Assembly: GCA_964035545.1 (NCBI GenBank)
Contig: OZ037766.1
Location: forward strand, 24,544,126-24,608,125
DNA from: Bugula neritina
Lineage: Eukaryota > Animalia > Bryozoa
Length of the DNA: 64,000 nucleotides
Direction: 5' to 3'
A program made the position numbers and the translations under genes. Within the stretch, counting starts at the first letter, position 1. Each line of letters starts with the position of its first letter. Shown here in pieces: positions 63,901 to 64,000 of the stretch. Below the pieces are notes generated by a model. The model was given only the letters and a program-made list of their open reading frames with translations. It was not told the DNA's origin and made no database searches.

Positions 63901-64000
63901 ATGATGAGGGACCACTTTATAAACCAGTTGAATGGGTTGGAGCAGTAGTAGAAGTTCATGATATAGACATAGAGCCTACGCCACATGAAAGGGGCATACT
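57989..64000 (+). CDS. DEG/ENaC (ASIC/degenerin family) channel subunit, 5' part; runs off the window end
   Basis: Exons 57989-58138, 60584-60674, 61350-61499, 62837-62953, 63165-63347, 63841->64000, phases consistent. TM1 KKIFWFILTIAALGLLIAHLYYL, hallmark EFPAVTICN, GHQKEDLI, HGNCYTFN, GLELELNIEHYAY, GAVVEVHD. The first coding exon is less certain. Confidence 0.88.
60962..61022 (-). mobile_element. Diverged tRNA-like fragment related to the TRIM LTR
   Basis: Minus strand TGTAG...CAGTGTAATGGTTTGCATGCCAGCTTGCATGTTAGAGGTCCCGG aligns with LTR GGTGTAATGGTTAGCACACTTGCTTGCAAGCCAGAGGTCTCGG. Confidence 0.5.

Overview
AT-rich, intron-rich invertebrate (metazoan) genomic DNA; the species cannot be determined from the sequence alone. 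Manual splicing with all exon phases checked gives seven protein-coding genes: a small 85-aa single-TM gene (+), adenylate cyclase type 9 (+, about 1149 aa), Rab33 (-, 298 aa) head-to-head with NAA15 (+, 875 aa), a hidden 5-exon about 187-aa membrane protein gene that the ORF track mostly misses (-), Hsc70-interacting protein ST13/HIP (-, 403 aa), and the 5' half of an atypical DEG/ENaC channel (+). Two signals stand out. (1) The first intron of every broadly expressed gene with a locatable 5' end is filled with consensus-free, drifting 6-bp-periodic DNA, which is absent from the other introns and was not seen in the channel gene. (2) A 369-bp miniature LTR retroelement (TRIM) has tRNA-derived TG...CA LTRs and a 5-bp TSD, with degenerate relatives elsewhere in the window. 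The window also holds MITEs, LINE/Penelope remnants, minisatellites overlapping splice sites, a GC-AG intron and an 86-nt intronic hairpin. Family assignments rest on recalled protein motifs; no database search was run.
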